DNA of 63,441 nucleotides, the filler included, from Cercozoa sp. M6MM (taxonomy: Eukaryota > Protista > Endomyxa: Ascetosporea), in the NCBI GenBank assembly GCA_040357565.1. It is 9 parts of 9 records of this genome, joined end to end, with 100 filler letters (N's around TTAATTAATTAA, not from the genome) between each part and the next. Parts side by side here need not be neighbours in the genome. Positions count along the whole stretch, not along the records: positions 28,303 to 43,191 come from JBDODJ010000319.1; positions 43,292 to 46,057 come from JBDODJ010001701.1; positions 46,158 to 55,406 come from JBDODJ010000491.1; positions 55,507 to 59,977 come from JBDODJ010001131.1; 5 more parts are not named here. One strand, 5' to 3'. Within the stretch, counting starts at the first letter, position 1, and the number at the start of each line of letters is the position of its first letter. The notes under the pieces are model-generated. The model saw only the letters and a program-made list of their open reading frames with translations, did no database searches and was not told the DNA's origin. This document shows, piece by piece, positions 42,936-58,074 of this stretch. Made by a program: the position numbers and the translations under genes.

Positions 42936-43454
42936 CCATCAAGTCCGCTCAGTTCAATTCGATCGCGATCACAAACATTGCCGGTGCGCAAGCCGTGCTT
43001 TGAATTTTGAATTATTGAAGCTGATTGTGACCTACCCCATAACTAGTACAGGGGTAGATATGGGGGGTTCGGGGTTTGCCTCGAAAAACCCCGCTATACC
43101 CACGTAGGTGGAATTTTAGGCTTTGCTGTCCACTCACTTTAATGTGTTACAGCATAAACTACTGTATCCGCGCGGAAGCAACCCAACAACTNNNNNNNNN
43201 NNNNNNNNNNNNNNNNNNNNNNNNNNNNNNNNNNNTTAATTAATTAANNNNNNNNNNNNNNNNNNNNNNNNNNNNNNNNNNNNNNNNNNNNGGGGGGGGG
43301 GGGGTAAATGGGGGGTAAAATGGGGGGGTAAATGGGGGGTAAAATGGGGGGTAAAACGGGGGTGAAATGGGGGGTGAAATGAGGGGTGAAATGGGGGGCG
43401 AAATTGGGGGGTAAATGGTAAATGGGGGGGGGGTAAAAATGGGAGGCAAAGCCT

Positions 43455-43795
43455 ACCGGATGCTTGGCGACAATGTATTGCTGCAGCGGCGTCAAACGGC
43501 GTTTCTCCGACTCCAGCAGAAACGACAGATCACGAAACAGCGACTGTGTAGCCAGATAGCTCCCTTAATTGTAACCATCTCACTTTTCAGCAAGGGCACT
43601 ACCATGGGAGAGGCGCCGATCATAGCACGTTGGTGCGCTGGTGACTCGTCGAACACGCCCTGCAATTCAAACCTCTTTACCTTTTACCCCCCCCCGCCGC
43701 CCCAGTGCAAGAGTACGCGACTGTTCGGCAGGTACTGCAGGCCGTTCGGGTGCCGCTCCGTCTTGACTGACTGCTCTGCTTTTTAAATGCCTCAT
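43455..43795 (-). CDS. Fragment of a hypothetical gene running into the contig edge
   Basis: Exons GVFDESPAHQRAMIGASPM and SLFRDLSFLLESEKRRLTPLQQYIVAKHP|gtagg, followed by a C-rich intron. Confidence 0.4.
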
Positions 43796-46015
43796 TAGTC
43801 CCTGTCCTTAGACACACGGAAAGGCGTCGACACAGTACCCTTGCGTTTGCGCCGGCGCTGTCGCTTTGGCTTGCTTTCGGCATCAAACTTGTACAGCGAC
43901 CACACCCTTCACAAACCGGCGGAAGAATACAATTTAAACAAACCTCACTGCAGTCTCAAATTAACGTACTCGAGTGGTGTCAGTGGTGTGTTCATGGTGC
44001 GTACGTGTGGCTGGCACCGTGCCGGCAACTCACCAGAGACAGGGCGAGGCCCAGCACCCCAATCGGTCAGAACACCAGGGTCGGCGTCACTCAATTTTAG
44101 GCGTGCTGGCTATGTGCCCGCACAGCCGCATGTACTCTAGACGTGTTTGGAGAGCTGCTCGGAGCCCGCCATTTTGTTTTTACTTGATTTAAGGGAACGT
44201 CGCTATTGATTTATTTCTCGGACTTGGGCACTACGCATTTCCGCTCCTGGAGAAAACATGCTGCCGAAGCACCTGGAATGCCGGTACAGTTGAAGAATGC
44301 CAGGGAGGATAAGTTCATGGTATTAGATGATTACCTTTGCCAGGGGTTGCTCGCTCGGAGTGCAGGTTTCCATGACGGTAAACAAATGCGTCTGTGATAT
44401 CTGCCACAGAACCGACACGAGCCACCGGAACTACAGAATGCCAGGCTTAGCACATTTAATTTTATGCACTTTGATGCTTGATCTACATTTATACCAAAGC
44501 GCGCGGTTGTCGATGATGCAAAAGTTGCGTCTGCAGCTGCCGTGCGACTGAGCGCATTGTTTGTGCAGGCGAATAGGACTGTACAATGCCGTACAGGTAG
44601 AAACTCATACCTCGAATAGCTCCGTCGGCGCTGCGCGTCAATCGATTCTCCATCACAGCCTGCAAGCAAAACAGCGAAATAAAAAATGCCTTCAAGTTGT
44701 CGGTCGTCTTTTAGTTCACCTGTATCAGCACGTTGAACATGTCTCGCGAAGCGCGGTTCAGTCGGGCTTCCATCGCGAGTTTGTGACAAGTTCGCGGCGA
44801 CATGTTTTCCTATCAAGTTTTACTATCATCATTGCGCTGGGCGCCAGGGAGAAGCGTCTTAAAATTACGAGTCGCAGAAGGTCTGCTCGTTGAAGAATCG
44901 TTTCTGCAAGGCCGTCGAAAGCTGCAGATACCAAACGCAATCAGTCAAATCTTGCCGTTGGGTACTTAGTGGAGGTCTACCCGTGTGAGGCGTCTCATCG
45001 TATTTGCTAAGTGCCTGTAGTGGTTTCGACTGAGACACGAGTGCGAATAGATGCAAGGAATCCCCTACCTTGGCGATTAAGCGCTTTTCCGCCCCTCTCG
45101 CACTCACACTCAGTGCTGCTACTCGAGCCTACAGCAGGGAAATTTAAGTAGATGATGAGCATGCGTCAACTTTTTCAAGCAGGGATAAAAATACATGAAG
45201 CGCCGATGACCGTCGAACTCGTTGTAATTGAGTGGCACTGGGAGTCAGAACCTACGCACACGCAAGTCAACACAGCAAGCATGTATAATGTATCAACTAT
45301 CACAGAGATGGGATGCCTGCTTGCCTCGTTTCCTCGCCGTGCGTTTCTGTCGTAACAAAATCCTCACAACCCTTCTCCAAAGTGATCATGAAGTCGCGTT
45401 TACCGATTCAGTAGCCTTGCGTTCAAAGCACATGTGTTGGATTAAAGCAACTAGTTCACGAAGGTGTGAAAAACGAGTTTGTAATCGTTCACACCGCTCG
45501 CGTTGTCTCTCTGTTGATCATGAAACACCCTCAAAGGACTGTCTCGCGTCTCCTTGGAATCCATTTTTACCAATCTCGTGTCGGTGGTGCGCTTCCGTGG
45601 TGAAATCTTTGCCGCCTTTAGTCCATCGCAGCATCTCTTTGTAGAGCTCTGCTCGTGCTTCGTTTTGCTCTTTGAATTGTATAGACAGGACGCGTCGTTG
45701 GGTGTTCATCTAGATTACATTCACCACATCAAAACTCTCTCACGGTGTATGTTGGAAAAGCGTCAAAGCGTTATACCCGCCGTGTCTGGTTCAGTCGCGT
45801 AGTCAATAGTTGATTCGCAGCCTCTTCTTCCGGTCGAGTTTCTTGCTGTCGCTGCACATGGGTAATGATCTCTGCATTGGAAGATTCATACCACTTTCAG
45901 TTTGGGTTTGTAGGCGTGCAGGTTTTGATCGCAAGGATGCGTATCTAACTTGCGTTGACTTAGCGTCTCAGGCAAGTGTTCTATCCATTCTCACATTGGA
46001 AAGAGTGCATTCAAA

Positions 46016-46057
<42 letters not shown>

Positions 46058-46157
46058 NNNNNNNNNNNNNNNNNNNNNNNNNNNNNNNNNNNNNNNNNNN
46101 NTTAATTAATTAANNNNNNNNNNNNNNNNNNNNNNNNNNNNNNNNNNNNNNNNNNNN

Positions 46158-46221
<64 letters not shown>

Positions 46222-46223
46222 AG

Positions 46224-47800
46224 CTACGTCTTGTCGCGACACGGGCCGAGCACGCCGCCGTCGATTTCGCAAATTTCGAAACCTATCGACGAACGAACCG
46301 TTCCAGAAAACGTGGCTACATTAAGGGGCACAATGGGAAATATATAAGGGGCACATGGCATGTATTTAAGGTGGTAAAATGGAAGTATAAGATGCAAAAT
46401 ATTTAAGGGTGCGTGTGTAATACCGGTGGACGGACCGATGCGACACCAGGACTCCACTAGATCGCCAGGCTGCATTTTGTGTGTTTAAGGGTGCAAACAT
46501 GGTTTGGTTAAGAGTGCGCATGGTTTGGTAAAGCGTGCGCATGGTTTGGTAAAGCGTGCGCATGGTTTGGTGAAGAGTGCGCATGGTTTGGTAAAGAATG
46601 AACATGGTTTGGTTAAGGGTGCTGAATGACGTACCGTCATGTGACTCAGCATGTCCATCGTTTCCGCCTCTTGTTTCTGCATCTGCAGCGAGAGGTAAGA
46701 GGGGTAGGGGTAGTGGAGGGTAAGAGTAGGGGGCAAGAAGGGGTAAGGGAGTAAGAGGGTCGGGGGGAAGAGGGGTAAGGGGTAAAGTTGTCCAACATAC
46801 GACACTCTCGCTGTGAACGATCGAAAAAGTTCGACGCTTGAAAACCGCGGCAGCTTTCGAGCTCTGCATTGAGGGAGGAGGGGGGTGAAGAGAGAGTGGG
46901 GACTGGGGGAGGGGGTAAAGTGGCTACCTCATCCAACGAAGCCCTCTGCAAAGTGCCTCGACATTTGAACATTTCATCGACACTGTCCGTCGAGTACATC
47001 TGCACACGGGGGGGGGGGAGGGGAGGGTAAAGGGGAAAGGTTAAAGGGGTAGGGGCAAAACTACGACAGAAGTGAGCGCAACAAGCGACGCGTTCGGCGC
47101 TGGGAATTTCGTTTCCGCCGGCTGCGCGACATACAAAAAAAAAAACACAGTATTTTCCATATTTTCACAGAATGCGAAAATAACAAACCGCGTCAATAAA
47201 AAGCGGCCATTTCGTTCCATTTCGTACGTACGACACCAGGTCGTTCAGTGTCTGGGGGAGGGAGTAAAGGGAAGAGGGGTAAAGAGGGGTAAAGATGGCG
47301 GAAAAAGGGGTAAAGAGGCATACCCTACGCTGCGGCAGCAGGATCATTTCGTCGACGTCGATGGTGGTAAGTGCGTCAAACCGATGCGACCACAGACGGT
47401 GAAAGTGCTGCGTGGCCGCCACCTGCAATAGTTGCTTAGTTTTACCCCTCTCTTTGCCCCTATATCCCTGCCCCCTCTACATCCCTACCCATGAGAAAGC
47501 CTCAGGTACCTGTGCGTTGGATACGAGCATGTCGTAGTTCGGATGACTCGGGTCCAGGAAGGGCCACTTCATCACGTGCACCTAGGGGCGAGGGGATAAA
47601 AGGGAAAGGGGCACAGTGGGGTAAAGTCAAGTGATAATCTACTTGAACATTCTTGGTGTCCATTCTATCGATGGCTTTTTTCACCTGCAAAACACATTTC
47701 AAAGAGATATCCAGAAGACACAGAGATGTGGCTACACTGCGATACGACGACGGTGTCAAGTACACAAACACTGCCGACGGTTCCACTGTCTGTTGCAACG

Positions 47801-47848
<48 letters not shown>

Positions 47849-47858
47849 NNNNNNNNNN

Positions 47859-47906
<48 letters not shown>

Positions 47907-48443
47907 GTGATCAGTCATGATCACTCGTGATTGGTCGCGATCATTAATGATCATTTCGATACAAAAACTCAGTCTCAATTTACCGCAATGAGATGCGAGA
48001 TGGAGAACACCAACACACGCGCATCACCGTGAAACGGCGCAACTTGCACCGCCACGCCACCGCTACATACCATGCGACACATCCTTACCCTCCTTAAGCT
48101 GTTTTCACCCGTTTCTCCCCTTCCAGACACAAAGAAACTCACATAAATTCGTCCTCGGCCTCTTGAATACACTCGGTCGCGAAATTAAAGGCCACCGGGA
48201 AACTTTGTTTGTCTGGACAAATCAAAGAAATTACACAGATAATATTAACAAGAGCTGATAGTCTACCGTCAAAAGCAAAGGTTTCCAGGTAAATATTATC
48301 ATGACGCTTTCTGTATTTGTCCTCCTGTGCGATCAATGAAGAAACATCGAAATAGGAAGAGTGCAGCCAAAGAAAGCGCGGCCTACCTTAACGTCGTATT
48401 CGTACAGTGGCAGTAACTCGGTTTCGGGAGTCGAGGATCTCAT
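46224..48443 (-). CDS. Putative GT-A fold glycosyltransferase (GT92/DUF23-like); start uncertain
   Basis: Exons FVYLTPSS, VHVMKWPFLD..LVSNAQ|VAATQHFHRLWSHRFDALTTIDVDEMILLP. The Q...DxDE arrangement resembles GT92/GT2_4 proteins. Confidence 0.5.
46497..46615. repeat. Intronic 21-bp minisatellite (CATGGTTTGGTAAAGCGTGCG)x~6
   Basis: Directly visible tandem units within one intron of the GT92-like gene. Confidence 0.92.
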
Positions 48444-48630
48444 GTCTGCGAACATTTATCTTCCGAAAAGTACAGTGTCGGCAACAAAACACGCCAAACA
48501 AACCCAAAAACGCCTCATGTCGCTTCAATAATGCCAAAGCGTGCAATCTGTCCGCGCGAACACGTTTCTCCTGCCCATGATTGAGGATTCAAAACCGAAA
48601 AAAGCAAAACACAGAAAATTACAGCATCGG

Positions 48631-50348
48631 TCAGCTCGTATTTTCTCTCGTTGGCTTCGGCAATTCCGCTGAGCAGTTCCTCTTGTACCCGCTCGACAAG
48701 CGTGACTTGTTCATTGCGCGACTAAAACGAAAAAAAATTAGACATAGATGAGTGCGCAGATTCGCCGCGAAGTGAAACGCTAAATTTACGTAGCCAAAGT
48801 CTTCACCACGTCCGAACATGGCTGGAAGATCGAATCCTGGCAAAACAAAAATAGGTACAGAGGCAAGCTAAACGCCCCGGATTTCTGTGTACCGGTGGGA
48901 GGCGACACATGCTCAACCTCGGGAGAAACAAAATCGGTTCCGTCTAAGAGAGGGTTGTTGCTTGTTTCAGCAAAAGAGAAAAAATAAGAGATCAAGAGTA
49001 CCCGGCATGCCAGGCTTCCAGCGGCCAATCCAAGCAGTAGGTTTAAGTTGCACCTGTACATAGCTGTTGGTAAGTCACTTGGGCACAAAACGCAAAGTAA
49101 ACCGTACCTGACACTGGATTTTATCGTTGGCAGGCAATGCGAGTAGAGGCATTCCTTGCGGGTCCACAAGGTCCATGTCCACGGCATACACCGTGTACGG
49201 CCACTGAGGAACAAAAGTAAACGTGAAAAACAGGTCGAACAGTCTGCTAAACCAACGTACTAGACCTCGACCGAACGTGCGATCATTGTTGGTCCAGAAT
49301 GACGCAGTAGCACGTCGCATTCGAAGCTTCGACTGTGCGCCTAACCAAGTGGACATTTAATCCTGCCTCTGCTTGCTTGCATGCATAAAGATGTTTACTT
49401 TCAAACACGCATGTCATTCCGCTGACGTCGTACCAGTACCACACAGCTATCAACAAGTTAACACACCAACTTCAACGTATCCAAAGGACAAAAATTCCTT
49501 TGCTTAATATAGTGTATTGTTATTACCGAGTTGCACTGTTATACGACGTACTTTGCGGTCTTTCCAGTGCTTGAAATCACCGCGCGGAATTTCTCTCCTG
49601 CACATCAGTTAAGATTATCAACATGAAAACTTGAAAGAGTAAAATACAAACTCACTTGTCATCATGCACTTGCAAGAGAAACACAGGAGTCTGACTTTGG
49701 ATATCCCTGACGATATCACCCACGAACATTTCATACTCGTCAAGTGAGACAAAGTCTTGCGCGCGGAAGCCATCGTCGCCACAATCAACTGATCCATCCG
49801 GCCTGAGTCTGAATCAAAGAGGACCATGGCATTGCCTGGTCTTGCGTGGGAGTATTGAGTGTACTTTCGCACGTCTGTGCTGCCAGACCTGTGCAGACGC
49901 ACATGAGCGTCAGCAACGCCGACCGGCGCTGAACACTGCTCGACGGAGAAATGCCACGCACTCGCTGCGTCAGCGAAAGCCGACAAGGCTATTGGACCTA
50001 CAGAAAGCGAGTTTCACATGAAAGAGTAATGTTTGCGGGAACTTCGTCTTTGACAGTACCGATTTGCGGAGGTGCCACGATCGCAGGCGCATCCACATGT
50101 GGACGTTTCGTGATGCGATAGCCAGTCACTAGACCTTCCGAAGAGTGCGTGTCGTCGCCCAACAGAACCGTCGAGTCCGGGCCGACAGGGGCGAATGATG
50201 TTGCGCTGTACCTGCACAGGAACGACATTGGGACAATCAAACATGAAACCCCAGGCAACAACGTAACGAACCAGCAAGACCAGAGCGTCAGCACTGCGGC
50301 AGCGGCCGCGATCGCAATAGTTCGCTGTGATCTCTCACTCGCTGACAT
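48631..50348 (-). CDS. Hypothetical type II membrane/secretory-pathway protein
   Basis: MSASERSQRTIAIAAAAAVLTLWSCW| N-terminal TM; chain of GT-AG exons (WPYTVYAVDMDLVDPQG, VQLKPTAWIGRWKPGMP) to TGA 48631. Confidence 0.55.
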
Positions 50349-50577
50349 CACAAATGGCCAATCGATAAGCACACAAAGGGCGATTATATTAAATAAAATC
50401 ACCTGATCTATAACTCATACTGCCATACGTGCGCACTCTGCTGTCGCACGTGCGAAATCCTGCCACCGGAGCGCTGGTGGGCTTTTATTATTTTCCATTG
50501 CGCACGGTGGTTTCCGCTACAACGCGCAGTACGAGTGCTAGTGCTATCCTGGGTGACCCAGAGCACGCATCGCCGCC

Positions 50578-51135
50578 ATGGCGCACGTTATGACCCACAG
50601 AGGAAAACCCTTCCTCTCTTTCGCCTTCATCACAAAGTTTTCGATGAGTTTTAACCCGTTCCGCGAGGGCGCCAAGACCTGCAGGTGCACTTCAACTTGC
50701 CCCGATCGCAAATCGTTGTCCATGTTTATGCTTTCTGTGGTCTCAGAGTAATGATGGCCGAGATCCCCAGATGGAAGCAAGGCGGCACCGAGTAATTTTC
50801 GGCCTTTTATGTTCTGCTTTGCAAACTCTGTGAGTGTTTTTCGCAGCACCAAGTTCGAGACCGAAATGCACATGCGCAACGACGATGCCACGTTCTCGGT
50901 CAGCTTTGACGATGGCTCAAGCATGTCGTTTTCCGCTGCTACCCAGACGGTGCGTTTCCGTTTTTGCAGGGTGTGCTCGTTATTGTTGTTTGCTCTTGCT
51001 GTGCAGTACGCCGAGTTTGTGCAAGCGGTGTTCGAAAAGAACGAGTGGTTGCATCTTCAGAAGAGCGGCATGGGTGCCAAACTGCAAAGCCGATTGCAGA
51101 AGGCCGGCAGCGACGACATCGGTCCCTTCAACTGA
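50578..51135 (+). CDS. MRPL53: Mitochondrial ribosomal protein mL53 (MRPL53 / yeast MrpL44-like)
   Basis: MAHVMTHRGKPFLSFAFITKFSMSFNPFREGAKTCR|VMMAEIP..D|TKFETEM..ATFSVSFDDGSSMSF..QT|YAEFV. The FNPF...AK..R..L..IP and V.F.DG pattern is that of mL53. Confidence 0.8.
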
Positions 51136-51155
51136 TGAGACGAGATCCAGACTTC

Positions 51156-51306
51156 GACGGGAACGATATTCGTTTAGCCTACAGTGGGTAGTTAGTTGGG
51201 TCAGTATTAAACCGACAGCTACGTCAGTTCCCCTGCGCCAGTCTAGGGTGGCGTGGGTCAGCACGGGTCTGATTCCATGGTTGGTGTAGGCGTCGCGGCT
51301 ACCGTC
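51156..51306 (+). ncRNA. Candidate structured RNA element downstream of the mL53 stop (class unknown)
   Basis: Nested helices GACGG/CCGTC and GCCTACA/TGTAGGC enclose hairpins GTAGTT.GTTGG/CCGAC.AGCTAC and CCTGCGCCA/TGGCGTGGG; four G-U pairs favour the + strand. Confidence 0.35.
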
Positions 51307-51563
51307 TCCCAATAATCCGGTAACGAAATATTCGACTGAGTCGGATCATACAACTAACTTAAATTGGTCGATGAATTGCCGCACCACGAGCGTACACACA
51401 CATCCAATCCCGAGTTTGAGTACAGAACGGCGGTAATTAATCTGACGGAAGCCGAAAGTCCGAGTTTGAAGCCGAGAGAATTTTGCGCTGCTCTCAAATG
51501 TCGGCTTTCAAGCTGCTGGCCCTAAGATTCTAGGAGTACTAAAAATAAAGATATCTGTTGGGC

Positions 51564-54363
<2,800 letters not shown>

Positions 54364-55506
54364 AGCGACCTGTCAGGAACCTGCCAGTGACTGGTTTAAA
54401 AAAAAATTACGGTAAATTACCCCGCCTACACAGCAAATGAAAATTAAAGGCCCCAGAATAACCTCAATCATATCCACATCACCCGAGTACAGTGGCGTGC
54501 TACTCGTAGTACTTAGTACGCGATGTGAAAGTAGCCGTTGTCTTACTCATGACCAAGCGCGTGTGTTTGGGTAGATCGTGGCCAAAATTCGTAAATGAGC
54601 GAACTGCGCAAGATCGAGATCCAAAAGATATCTTCTACACGTAAATTTAGAACTTGCAAGGAATTGGGAATTTTGTAACCCTGAACAAGATTGCGGGAAG
54701 CAGCTCCCGATATGAGAGGACCCATTGAGGTCTTACACATTTTAGATGTAGTGTATTATTCTCTCGGCGTTCAGTTAATAAAGGCCGGGTTGTACACGGA
54801 CGGTACTCACAGACCGTGATAAATCTGACGTTGAAGATTTTAGCCCGACAGTTCCGGGATCTGCTGTGCTTTAGACCCACTCTATGGTTGCAGAATTATG
54901 TTTTAAATGTAAACGAAACACTGTTTTTTAGAACGTCAACTAAGAGTGAAAGTTAATTCACCAAGACCCCTCGAGAACCGGTTTTGAGTAATTTACTCAT
55001 ATTACTCTGCCCTTTTTTGGCACTAAACGCACTCTAACCTACCGAAACGGTGCCCACAGTTAATTACCCACAGGATGCACGCCTTGAAATTCTCTAAGCA
55101 TTCGTGCACTTCGAAAATGAAAAATTACCGGCCCGATATAATTTTTGGGCTGGAGTAATGTCAGTAATGTGAGTAACTGGCTTGAATTACTCGGCGATCC
55201 CGAGACTCCAGTTAACCAGAATATGACATTGAAAAGCTCGTTTAACTCAATGTAGGAGTTCTCTCAACCTGAAAAAAACTGCGTGCACACTACTGCACTT
55301 AGTAGGGTACCTGAAAAACTCTCTTCACTCGGATTTGGTTGTTTCGCTGGTAGCTGTGAAAAAAAATAAAGATCTCGAACGTTGCTGTCTGCACTGACTT
55401 TACATANNNNNNNNNNNNNNNNNNNNNNNNNNNNNNNNNNNNNNNNNNNNTTAATTAATTAANNNNNNNNNNNNNNNNNNNNNNNNNNNNNNNNNNNNNN
55501 NNNNNN

Positions 55507-55552
<46 letters not shown>

Positions 55553-56557
55553 ATAAACGCAGCACACCGGCTGCCACGCGACGCACTGCATGCGACTCTT
55601 GGCACTCTTGTTGATGGCCATGTGCATGAAACGCGTCGTCAGTGCTTCCGCGCGGGAGGTGCCGCGCAGACCCGGCAGCAGCAGCTGCTCCGACGCGCCA
55701 GTTGCGCCGTGCCGCTGCTCCAGCCACCTGCACAGACGGGTTAAATGGGGGGGTAAAATGGGGGGTAAAATGGGGGGTAAAATGGGGGTAAAATGGGGGA
55801 TGAAATGGGGGGTAAAATGGGGGGTAAAATGGGGGGTAAATGGGGGGGTAAAATGGGGGGGTAAAATGGGGGGGTAAAACGAGGGGTAAAACGGGAGGTA
55901 AAATGGGGGTAAAATGGGGGGTAAAATGGTGGGTAAAATGGGGGGTAAATGGGGGGTAAAACGGGGGGTAAAACGGGGGGTAAAACGGGAGGTAAAATGA
56001 GGTAAAAATGGGGGGGGGTAAAAGTGTAAAGGGGGGTAAAACAGTACCCCAACGCGCCCGGCGCGTGGTCGACGCAGCGCCGCGGATTGTAAACGTCGCG
56101 TTTCCGCTGAACGAAATTGCGTCCGTCGAACACGCGCTGACCGTTCTCGAACAGCACCTGCGCTTTTCTAGTATTTGTACGGGTCACCACAAATACAAGA
56201 AATCAACAAACCTGGATCAGTTTGCGGCCTGCTGCCTTGCCTTGGACGACGGCTGCAACAACACACGAAGCTGGCTACAATACCCCGCCATGTGATCATC
56301 TACTGTACCAGCAGGTGCATCGACTGAGGTGTGTCCACCGTGCGCATGCATGCCATAGCCACGGCCCTGTGTGTCACAACATACGTGAGACTACTGTACA
56401 GACTACTGTACAGATGGACCCCAGGCCTTGCTACCTCATTGGGATATGACAGATATCGACGCTTCGGCTGCTCTTCCACTTCGCTAACTGTGTCCATGGT
56501 AACTAACGTACCAAGTACACACGCTAGCACCTGCGTTAGCCTTAGTATGACACGCAT
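55553..56557 (-). CDS. 5' part of a hypothetical gene (truncated by the contig edge; start uncertain)
   Basis: Coding-like exons MDTVSEVEEQPKRRYL and KAQVLFENGQRVFDGRNFVQRKRDVYNPRRCVDHAPGALG separated by GT-AG introns. Confidence 0.45.
55738..56040. repeat. Intronic (G5-6TAAAAT/C)n satellite; same unit at 43292-43440 and a variant at 62589-62680
   Basis: Tandem GGGGGGTAAAAT-like units inside introns of minus-strand genes on different contigs. Confidence 0.9.
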
Positions 56558-56655
56558 CTCTGCTGAGCGCTGCGGTTGCCACCAAAAATAAACAACACCG
56601 ATCGCGAGAGTTATACTGCTCTAGTGTGCGCTGAACAGTGCTAGTACTTTGTTTG

Positions 56656-57888
56656 ATGACTCAAAATCGTCGAAAACGGGCCAGACGGGTTGCTTTCTTG
56701 CACCCTGATATGGGCAGGGTACCATGATCCGTCCTCTTGGGTAGATACACGTGAATGTGGAACTGAGTTTGCAGGGCGGCGCTGAACGACTCGTGGTCGA
56801 TCTTGCCGTTGGTCTCCATGGTGTTAGTACGCTTCTTTTTCGTCTTGACATTGAAAAACTAAGTAGAAATGAGGTGAGTTGCTTTGATGTGATTCCTTTC
56901 ACTCAGGTAGCGAGATCGAGGTGATTCCGGAGGTGTACACGGCCCGGCATCCCTCCACTGCATTTGCTGAGACACGTGATGGTCGACTTACAGTATAATA
57001 CGCCTTTTTCGCCATGCATGAACAAACTTGTTTGCAATTTCAATCTGTTGCATTTTGTCAAGTTTAGGTTCGAGAACACGGCAATTTTCTGCCTCGTGGG
57101 GTGTTTGGAGGTCTGGCGGCCCTGTGGTATACTTGAAGTTGCAAAGCACTCGAGAAGTATCATCTACATTTCCAAAGCACTCAAGAATCGAGATTTTCTG
57201 TATTCAGTGCGACAGTTCGAAATTTGTACACGTGCGGTGCTCTCGTGTGTCGTATCTACCTGGATCCCGAGTGGCGAAACCGATGCGATGCAGTTATCGT
57301 TGACCAGGTAGCTTAAAACCCACTTTTTTGCCTTCAAACTTCAAACTGTTTTTGTTTTGCAGGTGTCAACTTGGGTCCCGTTGTTGCGTATGCTGCTGTC
57401 GCCGCTGCCGACGCAAGTGCTCTTCTATTGTCATTTCCCAGACATGCTGGTTCGTCTTTTCTTTTTAAACTGTTAACTCCTCAGTCTGAAACTACCCTGT
57501 CTTTAGTTGGCACAACGTCGGCCTTCCTTGTTGTACAAAGTGTATCGAGGCGCCATGGACACTCTGGAAGATGTCACTACTGCCTTTGCGCACACTGTGG
57601 TACCAAACACACACTTTGATGCGTAAAGCTTCTGATTATTTTTTGACGTTATAAGGTGGCCAACTCGCGCTTCACGCGCAGTGTGATGTCACAACACCTG
57701 CGCACTGTGTGGTCCGTCCATGCTACTGCCGAAGACCGTAAACTTGGATTATCGTTACAGCTTCTAAAGAACATTTTGTAAAACACACTTGCAGAACGAG
57801 ACGCCAGCCGCATCGGCGCTGATGTCGATGCCGACGAGAACTACCATCCTGAACGGTGTTTTGCTTTGTTGTTTTGCTTTTGTGCTAC

Positions 57889-57923
<35 letters not shown>

Positions 57924-57926
57924 CAC

Positions 57927-57957
<31 letters not shown>

Positions 57958-57962
57958 GTGTG

Positions 57963-58016
<54 letters not shown>

Positions 58017-58026
58017 NNNNNNNNNN

Positions 58027-58074
<48 letters not shown>

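Noticed and set aside
44200-45750. Possible minus-strand gene or transposase relic
   Set aside because: I could not build a consistent exon chain or find recognisable motifs; left unannotated.
46497-46615. 21-bp (and 13-14-bp) tandem arrays as CRISPR-like repeats
   Set aside because: No unique spacers, no cas genes, eukaryotic intronic context.
51177-51291. 5S rRNA (GCCTAC...GTAGGC ends, ~115 nt) or RNase P/MRP on the minus strand
   Set aside because: The internal 5S conserved loops and helix spacing are absent. P/MRP topology fits only the minus strand, where G-U pairs become A-C mismatches and the CR motifs are poor.
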